NCBI GenBank assembly: GCA_050294405.1 | Contig: JBNKOC010000011.1 | Span: forward strand, 41,030 to 105,029 | DNA: 64,000 bases | From: Fibrobacteria bacterium | Lineage (GTDB): Bacteria > Fibrobacterota > Fibrobacteria > UBA11236 > JADFYW01 | Direction: 5' to 3' | Part shown: one piece after another, positions 48,317-58,600 of the stretch | Layout: each line of letters opens with the position of its first letter | How positions within the stretch are numbered: the stretch's first letter is position 1 | Notes under the pieces: model-generated | Told to the model about the DNA's origin: nothing | The model's input: the letters and a program-made list of their open reading frames with translations, nothing else | The model's database searches: none | Made by a program: the position numbers and the translations under genes

Positions 48317-49093
48317 TTAGCCAGGAATACGGCTGAACTTTTCCTGGCTGGCTACATCGTATAAAAGTAAAGACAGGGCCACGCTTGTGTTAAAGCTATG
48401 GGCCTTTGGATGTATAGGAAGTTTCACCAGGCTGTCACAGGTGCGGCGGATATAATTGGGAATTCCCTTATCCTCGCCACCGGCGATAAAAATACTTGGT
48501 TTTGATAAATCCAGTTCGCTGGTGTTTGTCTTCCCCCTGGCATCCAGGCCAATAACCTGAAAGCCCTCTTCTTTTAATAACATCAGTTCTTTTTGCACCT
48601 GGCCGATGCAGCAAATGGGAATGTGGTTAAAGCTTCCGGCGCTGGCTTTGGCTGCCGCAGCCGTTAAACCCGAGGTGCCTTTGTTGGGGAATAAAATAAA
48701 ATCGCAACCCATGCCCACTGTGGATCTTATGCAGGCTCCAAAATTTCTGGGATCTTCAATATGGCTTAGTAAAACTCCAAATACGGGCTTACCATCGGAT
48801 CTCCAGTTTTTTAACTTGGGTTTAAATTCTTTCCAGTCCTCTAAAACTCTTTCGTGCAGGACTGCAATGGCTCCCTGATGTTGTCCCTTGTAATAGCGCA
48901 AGAGCTGAGCTTGCGGGAGCTGGTTTACCCTTATGTTATGTTGTTCGGCCTTTTTTTGCAATTCATACAAAGCCGGTTTGCCTGAACTTTGCAGTAACAA
49001 CAAACGGTTTACTTTTTGGGGAGAAGTTTTTAAAAGTTCTTCAACCGGGTGAATTCCAACCACCAGGCTGTCTACATCGGGAGTTGGCTTCAC
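48317..49093 (-). CDS. rlmB: 23S rRNA G2251 2'-O-methyltransferase (RlmB/TrmH family)
   Basis: GIHPVEE, HQG, EDPRNFGACIRS, GGEDKG, SFNTSVA. Confidence 0.88.
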   Translation of the reverse strand: MKPTPDVDSLVVGIHPVEELLKTSPQKVNRLLLLQSSGKPALYELQKKAEQHNIRVNQLPQAQLLRYYKGQHQGAIAVLHERVLEDWKEFKPKLKNWRSDGKPVFGVLLSHIEDPRNFGACIRSTVGMGCDFILFPNKGTSGLTAAAAKASAGSFNHIPICCIGQVQKELMLLKEEGFQVIGLDARGKTNTSELDLSKPSIFIAGGEDKGIPNYIRRTCDSLVKLPIHPKAHSFNTSVALSLLLYDVASQEKFSRIPG

Positions 49094-49094
49094 A

Positions 49095-50258
49095 CTAAAC
49101 CGTTTCTCTTTGCTTCATGTATTCATTTACATTAGCAATAAATTCTTTAAAGAGATTTTCGGCATCTCGGGGGCCGGGGCTGGCTTCGGGATGGTACTGG
49201 ACGGAAAAGGCCGGGTATTTTTTGTGTTTGATACCGGCAACGGTGTTGTCATTTAAATTGATGTGCGTAATTTCCACATCTTTGCCCTCAAGGCTTTCAG
49301 CGCTTACCGCAAAGCCGTGGTTTTGCGAGGTAATAGCCACAGTTCCCGTAGGCAAATGTTTAATGGGGTGGTTGGCTCCTCGGTGTCCGAATTTTAACTT
49401 ATAGGTTTTTCCCCCCAAGGCCAGACTTAACAACTGGTGGCCCAGGCAAATCCCAAAAATAGGGTAGAGGGGCAGAAGCTCCTGAATGGTTTCAATGGCC
49501 TGGGTACAGGGTTCTGGATCGCCAGGTCCGTTGGATAACATCACCCCATCGGGGTTAAAGGCTTTGATTTCCTCCGCGCTGGCACTGGCAGGAAATACAT
49601 GGCAGTGCGCTCCCAGGGATGTTAGTTTTCTCAATATGTTGTTTTTAGCTCCAAAGTCCATTACGGCAATGCGCGCGCCCTCGGTTAGGGGGTTAAGGGG
49701 AGTAAAAGCAATATCCGATTCGCTTTCACTGTAATCAAACTGGGCGTCGGTGGTGACCTTAAAGGCAAGATTTTGCCCGTTCATGTTGGGCACCTTGGAA
49801 ACTTCTGCCAGAATTTTTTCTTTATCGTAGTCGCCGCTTATCAAAATTCCAGGCTGGGAGCCCTTATCCCTTAAAACCCGAACCAATTTACGGGTGTCAA
49901 TCCCTTCGATTCCGGGAATTTTTTCCCGCTTTAAATAGTCGGAAATAGTCATAGGTTTGGAATCAGCCATTATTCCATTGCGGTAGTTGGAGGGGGTTTT
50001 ACAGGCGTTTTTCACAATAAAGCCGGTGGCGTGGATTTTTTTAGATTCCACATCTTCGGGGTTCACACCGTAATTGCCAATTTCGGGATAGGTCATGCAC
50101 ACCATTTGGCCGGAGTAGGAGGGATCGGTCAAAATTTCCTGGTAGCCGGTCATAGAGGTGTTAAAACAAACCTCGCCCTCAGCCCGACCAATATAACCAA
50201 AAGCCTTTCCTTCAAAATAAGTTCCGTCTGCCAATGCCAATAATGCTTTTTCACCCAT
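49095..50258 (-). CDS. carA: Carbamoyl-phosphate synthase small subunit
   Basis: FNTSMTGYQEILTDPSY, SNGPGDP, GICLGHQ, QYHPEASPGP. Confidence 0.98.
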   Translation of the reverse strand: MGEKALLALADGTYFEGKAFGYIGRAEGEVCFNTSMTGYQEILTDPSYSGQMVCMTYPEIGNYGVNPEDVESKKIHATGFIVKNACKTPSNYRNGIMADSKPMTISDYLKREKIPGIEGIDTRKLVRVLRDKGSQPGILISGDYDKEKILAEVSKVPNMNGQNLAFKVTTDAQFDYSESESDIAFTPLNPLTEGARIAVMDFGAKNNILRKLTSLGAHCHVFPASASAEEIKAFNPDGVMLSNGPGDPEPCTQAIETIQELLPLYPIFGICLGHQLLSLALGGKTYKLKFGHRGANHPIKHLPTGTVAITSQNHGFAVSAESLEGKDVEITHINLNDNTVAGIKHKKYPAFSVQYHPEASPGPRDAENLFKEFIANVNEYMKQRETV

Positions 50259-51029
50259 TTAAGTATCCTTTTTCGCCTGTACCACTCTCTGATTTGTCAC
50301 AATATAGTCCATGGGGATATCGTGCTCCTGCAAGTTTAATTTTTTCATGGAAATTTGGCCATCATAGGCTATACCAATTTTGGTTGCCTTACGATTTTGC
50401 AAATGCTTGTCGTAATAGCCTTTGCCCCGGCCAAGACGCCCGCCCCACAAATCAAAACATCGTCCCGGCACCAGATACAGATCGGGCTCCTCAGGGTTTT
50501 CAATCCGCAAATGAGGTTTTGGCTCCATAATTCCAAAAACTCCCGCCTCCATATCCTGAATAGGGTCGGGCACAGGCACAAAGCGCATTTGCCCCTGGCT
50601 TATATAGGGATAAAAAACCGTTTTGCCTTCTTCGAGCAATTTCTTTTTTATGAAACCCGTATCCATTTCATCGGGAAGGGCGCTGTACAGGGCCACATTT
50701 TTAGCCTGCTTCACAACCTCCAACTCCATAAGCTGTAGCACTATGTTTTGGGAGAACTGGAATTTATCGGCACCGGTGATGGAACTGATTTTTTTATCGC
50801 CCCATTTTCGCATGGCTTCATTGTCGTTAATAATTCTGTCCAGCTCTTCTTTGTCGTCCTCTTCTTCGATTAGTTTGTCGAGTTGAGATTTCCAATCCTT
50901 TTGGATGCCGGTTATTTTTTGTCGGGCATTGCGAATCCAACGGGCGGCCTTGCCCACCTGTTTGGCGTCAAAAAACAAAAGGGCCAGTAGCACCACAACG
51001 CCCAACTCGCCCAGTCCAAAGGATATCAC
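50259..51029 (-). CDS. 5-formyltetrahydrofolate cyclo-ligase fused to an N-terminal TatA/TatB-like anchor
   Basis: N-term FGLGELGVVVLLALLFF plus amphipathic helix; C-term FGIMEP, LVPGRCFD, RLGRGKGYYD, HDIPMD. Confidence 0.88.
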   Translation of the reverse strand: MISFGLGELGVVVLLALLFFDAKQVGKAARWIRNARQKITGIQKDWKSQLDKLIEEEDDKEELDRIINDNEAMRKWGDKKISSITGADKFQFSQNIVLQLMELEVVKQAKNVALYSALPDEMDTGFIKKKLLEEGKTVFYPYISQGQMRFVPVPDPIQDMEAGVFGIMEPKPHLRIENPEEPDLYLVPGRCFDLWGGRLGRGKGYYDKHLQNRKATKIGIAYDGQISMKKLNLQEHDIPMDYIVTNQRVVQAKKDT

Positions 51030-51772
51030 GCTTCCAGATCCTTATTTTTGGAAACTGCCATAGACACTAAAATAGAAACCCCGTAAATAAGGCAGAGGGG
51101 AATTCCCAATAAAATTTGGGTGATGGGGTCCGGTGGCGTGAGAAAGGCAGACACTATAAAAATCAGAACCAAAGCGTAGCGGGAAAAGGAAATAAGCGAC
51201 TTGGCGGTAATGAGGCCCAGCTTGGTTAACACAAAACTCACCACCGGCATTTCAAAGCTAGCCCCAAAGGCAATCAGCACCCGCAGCACAAAAGTGGCGT
51301 AATCGCCCTGCCGCCAGTTGGCAGCCACTTCTCCGCCGCTGTAATTTGCTAGAAACTGTAGGCCGTAAGGCAGAACCATGAAATAACAAAAAGAAGCTCC
51401 CCCTAGAAAAAGCAAAATGGAAAAAAACATCACCGGAAACAAAAGCCGTTTCTCCCCATCAAATAGTCCGGGGGCAATAAAGCGCCAGAAGTTAAACAAC
51501 ACCCAGGGCGAGGCTACTACAATACCAGAGACCAAAGCCACTTTAATGGAGGTGATAAAGGCTTCCACCGGGGCAGTGTTGATGATTTGCACATTGAGGC
51601 CCTTGGATTCCATGGGCCAGGTTAAAAGCCTCCAGATGTCTTTCCAGAATACATAGGAAGCCACCGAGCAAACAACAACTCCCAACAAGCTGCGAATTAA
51701 GGTTTTACGAAATTCCTGCAGGTGTTCCCACAGGGACATTTCCCCGCCAATTTGTTCCGTGGAATCTGCCAT
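51026..51772 (-). CDS. tatC: Twin-arginine translocase subunit TatC
   Basis: MSLWEHLQEFR, WRFIAPGL..EK, FEMP, TPPDP. Confidence 0.96.
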   Translation of the reverse strand: MADSTEQIGGEMSLWEHLQEFRKTLIRSLLGVVVCSVASYVFWKDIWRLLTWPMESKGLNVQIINTAPVEAFITSIKVALVSGIVVASPWVLFNFWRFIAPGLFDGEKRLLFPVMFFSILLFLGGASFCYFMVLPYGLQFLANYSGGEVAANWRQGDYATFVLRVLIAFGASFEMPVVSFVLTKLGLITAKSLISFSRYALVLIFIVSAFLTPPDPITQILLGIPLCLIYGVSILVSMAVSKNKDLEA

Positions 51773-51885
51773 TTTTTACAGCTATATTAGTTAGCCCCGG
51801 GCGGATTTTCAAGGAGGGGACAAATTTTGTCCAAGAGCTTTGTTAAAATTTTAGCAACAGCATTATAAAAATGTAAACTTTGCCC

Positions 51886-53571
51886 ATGGCTATTAAGCTT
51901 TATTTATCTCACCAAACCGAATCCCTTCTGGATAAGTTGCAGGAAAACTTACAGGGCCCCGGGGGTGATCCGTTTTTTAGCCCGCCCATTATTTTGCCCA
52001 ACCCCAATTTGGCCAAATGGGTCAAGCTTCGCCTGGCCGATAAAAATGGAATTTCCGCCAATTTGGGAGGACAATATCTGGAGAGTCTTTTGTGGTCTTT
52101 GCTCTCGCAAATGTACGGTTTAAAATCCGAGCTCCCCGCCAAAATGCTGCGGGTGAACGATTTGGCCCAATTTGTATTTGCCTGTTTTAGTCTGGAAAAG
52201 CTGGAATCCAATTCCGTCCTAAAAAAATATTTGCTGCCCTACTTAAGCGATGGGACAGGTTCCATTAGCCCCGGTAAAAAGGTAGAGTTTAGCTACCATT
52301 TGGCCAATTTGTTTTTAGAATACGAATATAGCCGACCGGGCAATCCCGAGGCTGGTCAAAAAGGGCTGCTCGACGCCTGGCCCCAAAGAGATTTTTTCCA
52401 GCAAATAGATTACCCCAACCAGCGACGTCGCCAGACCGCTTCCAATGAAATCTGGCAGCGGGAAATTTACAGCCTTATTTTTGGGGAGGGGCAAATGCTG
52501 GATGCCTTTTCAAAAGCTTCTGGTTACGAACTTTTGTCCATGCCCCGACTGGAAAAAAAACTGGAAAGCTGGGGCGGTGTTCGTACCCTTTTGGCTCAAA
52601 TCCCCATGTTTTCAAAGTTGTCCCAGGGCCTCCATTTATTTGGCACCTCGGGCTTAGGCTTATACCACAGACAGTTGATACATCGCCTCTCCGGCCAGTT
52701 GGACTTTTATGTATACATACTCAACCCCTGTTCCCAGTTTTGGGAAGATGCCACCCCTAAGGCTCTTAACCGCTGGGAAAGGCTATCCAACCAAAAAAAA
52801 GGCTGGTTTAGTCTTAAACAAAAAGAAGAGGTTCCCGAAGAGCTGGACAATGCCCTCCCCGAAGAGAATAGCCTTTTGGTGAAATGGGGCAAATACGGAC
52901 GAGAGAGTATACATCTATGGTGCCAAAGCAACGACTATGATTTTGAATACCTTTTGCCGGAAAATTTGAATAAAAAATATTCGAATATATTCAAAACCCT
53001 TCAGCGTTGCATTGTGCTGCGGAAAGCCGGAAAGTCGCGGAAAGACTTTCCTCCCATGGAGCAGGACAATAGTTTGCAGATTTGGGAGTGCCCCGATAAA
53101 ATCCGGGAAGTGGAAAACTTATGGAATAGCATTATCTGGAATCTTAAAACCAATCCTTCTCTTAAACTAAATGATATTGCTGTTTTTGTTCCCAACCTAG
53201 ACAATTACCGCAGCCAGATTGAACAGGTGTTTCTTTCAAAAAATCCGGGCGAACCGGGCTATTTGCCTTTCCACTATGGAGACGGCAGTGCGGCATCCAG
53301 CAGCTACATTAACGCCGTAAGGCAAATTATAAGGTTGTTAAGAGGGCAATTCAGCCGACCGGAAATATTGGAATATTTTAAAAACCCCTTGGTAAGGCAA
53401 AAGTTATCCTTAGGCAAAGAAGAATTGGAAGTATGGAAAAACTGGATATCCGAACTAAACATATACAGAAGTTTTGATGGGGAACATCGTCAAAGGCGGG
53501 GGGAACTCAATCAGGAACTCCACAGTTTTATTCATGGGATTAAGCGCCTTCAATTGGGGCGTATTTCTTAG
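51886..53571 (+). CDS. recC: RecC (exonuclease V gamma) N-terminal part, ended by an in-frame TAG
   Basis: DPF..IILPN, LNPCSQFWED, LLVKWG, REVE, DIAVFVP. Confidence 0.8.
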   Translation: MAIKLYLSHQTESLLDKLQENLQGPGGDPFFSPPIILPNPNLAKWVKLRLADKNGISANLGGQYLESLLWSLLSQMYGLKSELPAKMLRVNDLAQFVFACFSLEKLESNSVLKKYLLPYLSDGTGSISPGKKVEFSYHLANLFLEYEYSRPGNPEAGQKGLLDAWPQRDFFQQIDYPNQRRRQTASNEIWQREIYSLIFGEGQMLDAFSKASGYELLSMPRLEKKLESWGGVRTLLAQIPMFSKLSQGLHLFGTSGLGLYHRQLIHRLSGQLDFYVYILNPCSQFWEDATPKALNRWERLSNQKKGWFSLKQKEEVPEELDNALPEENSLLVKWGKYGRESIHLWCQSNDYDFEYLLPENLNKKYSNIFKTLQRCIVLRKAGKSRKDFPPMEQDNSLQIWECPDKIREVENLWNSIIWNLKTNPSLKLNDIAVFVPNLDNYRSQIEQVFLSKNPGEPGYLPFHYGDGSAASSSYINAVRQIIRLLRGQFSRPEILEYFKNPLVRQKLSLGKEELEVWKNWISELNIYRSFDGEHRQRRGELNQELHSFIHGIKRLQLGRIS

Positions 53572-53616
53572 AATTTACAAAGTTTTGAATCTAGTACGGA
53601 GCAGGATGTTCGTTAT

Positions 53617-55659
53617 TTGCCATACGAAAATTTTGAAAGCAGCCAAAGGGATTTGCTGGAGAATTTTTGCATTGGCCTGGAAAGCCTGTATCGATTGTTG
53701 GAAAGTTTTCAAAAAAAGGCCATATCAGGAACATTACATACCTTGGCCGAAAGTTTTTTGGAATTATTGGAAAATCAATTGGAAATACCTCCCGAGTTGG
53801 CCGGAGAAAATCTTCCCAAAAACATGATATGGGAAGCCATAGAAAATTTTAAAATCACCAAAGATTCCTTGCCGGTTTCCATAGGTTTGGAAGAGTTTTG
53901 CGAAATGGTATTGGCTATTTTGCCTAAGAGTTTGCCGGGAAGCTCCAGTTATTTATTGGGGGGGCTTAGTATTTCTGCTTTGGCTCCCATGCGTCCTGTA
54001 CCCTTTAAACTGGTTTACCTGTTGGGCATGGGGGAGCGGGACTTTCCTGGAGATGCCCGGGAATCCACCCTGGACTTGCGCAATTGCCGCCGAAACATTG
54101 GTGATACCAGTCCCGCAGAAAAAAACAGATACATCTTTTTGGAAAGCTTACTGTCTGTTAGGGAAAAACTATATCTAAGCTATGTATCTCGTGATTTGCA
54201 AAAAGATGAAGAGCTATTGCCTTCCAGTTGTATTTTAGAACTGGAAAATTTTTTAGAGCAGGGCTTTTTAAAGCCTGACTCTGAAAATCAAAGCCCCAAA
54301 TTTTTCAGGCAAAAAATTCCCATTTTACCCTGGGAAAAAAATATTGCAGAGCCCCATAACATAAACCTGTTGGAGCAGAATACAAAAGTAGACCCCTTGG
54401 TCAATTACAAAGGGGAGCACGCCTTGTTGCAAAGGTTATACAGCTTAAAAGAGTATTTGGGCGAATCGCAATTGGAGAATTTTAAAAGGACCATTTCTCA
54501 AAATAAAAATGAGGGTTATAATAGTAGCCAACATACTGATATTGTTAATATTCCCGAAAAATGGAAAAATATTATTTCTAGCGGGGAACTTATTCCAACT
54601 TCAAGCCCCGAAATTAAGGATAACATCCATATATTAGAATTAAAACGCTTTTTATCTAATCCGGGAGAATATAAACTCAGCCAAAGCTTGGGTAGAATAT
54701 ATGATGAGGCCGAGGATGTATCTCTTTTGCAGGACGAACCCACCCAATTGGAATTTTTTCCCTGGCGTTCTCTCCAGAAACAGTGGTTTAAATTGTGTTT
54801 GCGAGAGCTGTTTTCAAATAATGGGAGCCCTAATAATTCCAATTTGTTTTATTCTCTTTTTGAAAAATTGTATGCAGAACAGTCGCTGTTGGGCTACAGT
54901 CCATTGGGGGCCTGGTCTGAAATGGATAAAGAAAAATTATGGGAAATGCTTTCGGGGCTTATGGCTCCGCTCAGTTCCATAAGGGAAAATTTTTCAAATT
55001 ACAGGCTGGCAGAAAACATGGGCTACGGCCAAAACGATTCCAGGGACAGTTTTTCTTTTTCTCACCAGTTTGAACCTGCTCGTTACAAGTATCAGGATAT
55101 TTCTATAAACATCCATGGAAATTTGGAGTATGTATTAATACCTCCTGATAAAAGCCAACCCTTGCTCAGCCTTCATTTTTTTGGCGGGAAAAAAAGACAT
55201 AAGGAATTATTGTCGCCCTTTTTATTTTATTTGTTTGCTTCCGATAACCCTGATTTTTACACAAACCATCTTGGCAGTGGAATGGATGTATACTATCTGT
55301 CCCAATCCAATACGAAAAATTCCCCTTTCCTGTTAGATAAGTTTTGCTCTTTTCCCGGACAGGTTAACCCTTCTCAGCTTTTGTGGGAGTATAAAAAAAT
55401 GTTAATGGAAGCCTTTTTAACGGGATCGGAGGAAGAATACGCACCTGTGGAATTATTGGATAAATACCGCGATTGGCAAGCTGAGCCTTTGGAAAGCTTA
55501 TTGGATTGGGTTAAAGCTGGCGGGGTGGATAGGGGCAATTATAAATTTAGCCAATCAGAGACAGCGCGGCTCTTAAAAATGCAGCCCAGCCAAAATTTAA
55601 AAGAGTTTATGGAAAAATTTTGGGGGCCTTTTGTAAATGAGGCTGCGATACATGCCTGA
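53617..55659 (+). CDS. recC: RecC C-terminal part, same reading frame as the N-terminal part
   Basis: PMRPVPFKLVYLLGM..FP, RYIFLESLLSVREKLYLSY, PS..EL. Confidence 0.78.
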   Translation: MPYENFESSQRDLLENFCIGLESLYRLLESFQKKAISGTLHTLAESFLELLENQLEIPPELAGENLPKNMIWEAIENFKITKDSLPVSIGLEEFCEMVLAILPKSLPGSSSYLLGGLSISALAPMRPVPFKLVYLLGMGERDFPGDARESTLDLRNCRRNIGDTSPAEKNRYIFLESLLSVREKLYLSYVSRDLQKDEELLPSSCILELENFLEQGFLKPDSENQSPKFFRQKIPILPWEKNIAEPHNINLLEQNTKVDPLVNYKGEHALLQRLYSLKEYLGESQLENFKRTISQNKNEGYNSSQHTDIVNIPEKWKNIISSGELIPTSSPEIKDNIHILELKRFLSNPGEYKLSQSLGRIYDEAEDVSLLQDEPTQLEFFPWRSLQKQWFKLCLRELFSNNGSPNNSNLFYSLFEKLYAEQSLLGYSPLGAWSEMDKEKLWEMLSGLMAPLSSIRENFSNYRLAENMGYGQNDSRDSFSFSHQFEPARYKYQDISINIHGNLEYVLIPPDKSQPLLSLHFFGGKKRHKELLSPFLFYLFASDNPDFYTNHLGSGMDVYYLSQSNTKNSPFLLDKFCSFPGQVNPSQLLWEYKKMLMEAFLTGSEEEYAPVELLDKYRDWQAEPLESLLDWVKAGGVDRGNYKFSQSETARLLKMQPSQNLKEFMEKFWGPFVNEAAIHA

Positions 55660-58600
55660 ACCTAAGCTCCAGGAAAAAGCCCTTTGGGAAAAGTTAGATC
55701 TTAAAAGCCACAATTTTATTGAGGCTTCCGCAGGTACGGGGAAAACCTACACCCTGGAGCATTTTATTTTCCGCATTTTAAGCGAACCAGGTCTTGGCCC
55801 AGGCAATAGCTATGTAGGTCTGGATAACATCGTGGTGCTTACCTATACGGAAAAGGCGGCCGGTGAAATTCGCGAGAGAGTTCGCAATTTGATTTATAAA
55901 AAATGGCTGGAATTGTCTCAGCAAATAGGGGATTCCGACCTTTTAGGTCAGCTTGAAAAAAATCTCAATGGTTTTGACAATGCCTGTATTTTCACCATAC
56001 ATGGCTGGTGCAAATATTTGCTTAATCGCTATGCTTTTGAACTTGGGCAAAATTTGAGTTCTGAATTGGTGGACAATTCCACTTCTTATTTGGAAGCACT
56101 ACTTCGGGCCAAGCGTGAGAAATGGCCTTCTTTTAACGCGGAGCGACTCAAACGAATTCTGAAATTCACTCAGGATACCCAGTACAATCAAAAAGATTTG
56201 TTGGAATCTATTCTAAGCCAGTTTAATTATCAGGGCCCTTTGGGAAATAATAACATCGATGAAATAGAACCCTTTTTGTCTTTAAAAAACCATTCTGGAG
56301 AAAAGGGTGAAAAAAATTATCAAAAAACCAGGACGCAGCTGTTGGGTTTTTTATCTGATGTTAATAATGCCCTCAGCCAGGCTACGGGAAAGAATAAAAC
56401 GGAGGCTAAAGATTTTAAACGCAGCAATGAATGTTTAGATCAAATTCGCGTGGCTCTGTTGGAACTGGAAAAATGGACAGAAGGATTTCAATTAGACGAT
56501 GTATACGATTTTATGTCCCGACATCCTTTGCTGCAAAAAAACCTTTTGGCGGACAGGGCACCCACTCTTAGGTTGGCTAAACCCCTGAGGGATAAATACC
56601 CCGAGCTCCACCAACAAGTAGAAAAGCTGGGGATAGAGCTTATAAAAACCCTTCAGCCCTGGGTAGAGATCATCCAAAAATTAGGTTCTATTTCTCCCCA
56701 GGTTTGGCGGGATATACAGGAAATGCTGGAATACGCTTTTGAAGAAGGGGAAAAAAAGAAAAGAGGCAAAGGGGAAATGTCTTTTGATGACATGATTTTA
56801 AATGTTTTAAAGGCCTGTGAAAACAAAGAGTCCGATTTCGTAAATTTAATCCGCGATCAATACCAATATGCCATTGTAGATGAATTCCAGGACACAAACC
56901 TTTTGCAGTGGAGTATCTTTAAAAAAATATTTCTGGATGCTACTAAAGAAAATGGCAATGGTCCCAGGCTATGTTTAGTAGGAGACCCCAAACAGTCCAT
57001 CTATGCCTTTCAAGGTGCCGATGTAAGTAGTTATTTGCTTGCCCGTAAAAAACTGTTGGATTGTGGGGGTAAATTGGAAAGTTTGGATAAAAACTACCGT
57101 TCCAGCCCTGAACTAATTGAGGCTTTTAATGAAATATTTAGCTATCCCCAGTGGTTTTCCCGCTCTGAGCAAACTAAAGACAATTCCATTTACTATAAAG
57201 AGGCAATCTGCGGAAAAACGGAATCAAAACAAGCTATAAAACTGTTGGACAAAGGCCCTTTTAAAAAGCACACATATCCAGTACATCTAAATGATTTGAC
57301 CCATTTAGAAGGTGCTGACTTATTAAAAAGATCTCAGGCTAGTTGGCTGGCATCTCAAATAGAAGAGCTTGTCCCTAAAAACAAAGAAAATATTTTTATT
57401 AACATTGTTCAAAATCAGCTGGAACGCCCCTTAATGTATAGGGATATTTGTGTGCTGGTTCAAAAGCATAGCGAAGGGGAATATTTAAAGGAGTTGTTGG
57501 CTCAAAAAGGAATTCCTTTTCTCATTTACAAAGAAAATGGCTTGTTTCAATCCAACTCATGTATCCAACTCTGTTCCATGCTTGAGGCCCTTTTTGAAAG
57601 GGGATGGGGTCCCAAATCCAAAAGAACATTGTTAGGAGATTTTTTCCATTTTTCCGGGAACTTATTTAATGGTTCTCTGGATGTTTCGGACTACCCGGTA
57701 ATTAAAAGCAAGTTTGAAAAATGGAAAGAGTTTGCCGCCTTAAAAAAATGGCAAAAACTCTTTTCTAGTCTTATGGAAGACAGCGGAATATTATATAGGC
57801 AAATTTTATATCCCGATGGAAATAAACGAATATCCGCTTACAGGCAAATCATCCAGTATCTGTTGGAATTTGTGGCTTATGAAGCAGAAGGGCTGGAAGA
57901 TTTTATTGTGGTTCTCCGAAGGCTAATTCGTCAGGAAGTATCCCCGGAAGGGGAGGGACAATTATTTAAAAAAGAATCTGATGAAGATGCGGTGCGAATT
58001 ATGACCATCCATGCCTCCAAAGGATTGCAGTTCCCTGTGGTGATGTTGATGGCAGGAACCCATTATTATCAAAATAGCGAACCCTATATTGTCCGAAGGA
58101 AAGAAGAGGGAGGCAGGATTTACAACCTCGCACTGAAATCCCCAAGTGCAAACCAGGATAAAGAAAAGGCCAGACAACAGGCCGAAGAAGAATTTTCAAG
58201 GCTTTATTATGTGGCCCTTACCCGAGCCCAATTTCGTTTGTACCTTCCCTTATACGGTTGGGAAGCCAAAGAGGGAGTGAAGGCGCCAAAAAATGCGCAT
58301 TGCGCTAAATTGTTTTTTAGCCCTGCTTTGCATAAAGCCGCTAAAGAAAAACCGGATTTATTTTATATACATAATCCAGAAGCGGAGCCGGAAAAAGAAC
58401 TGGGGAATGTTTCTCACACAGAAAATCCCGTTTCTCAAAATTTGCAAAAAGGAATTAGCATCGCGGAACAAATCCCATTCCCACTGGAAAACCCAGAATA
58501 CGCTGAAAAGTTATTGGATGTATTGCGTTATCAAAGTCAAAGTTCCTATTCCAGTTTGGCCAGGCATATATCCGGGGAAACCAGCATTGAAGGCCGTCAA

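Noticed and set aside
51773..51885. 6S RNA, often found upstream of the cyclo-ligase gene
   Set aside because: The ligase is preceded directly by tatC; the intergenic space is too short and shows no long rod structure
53569..53571. Pyrrolysine or genetic-code reassignment of TAG
   Set aside because: TAG acts as a normal stop in other genes here (e.g. ruvA, carA), and there are no pyl genes in the window
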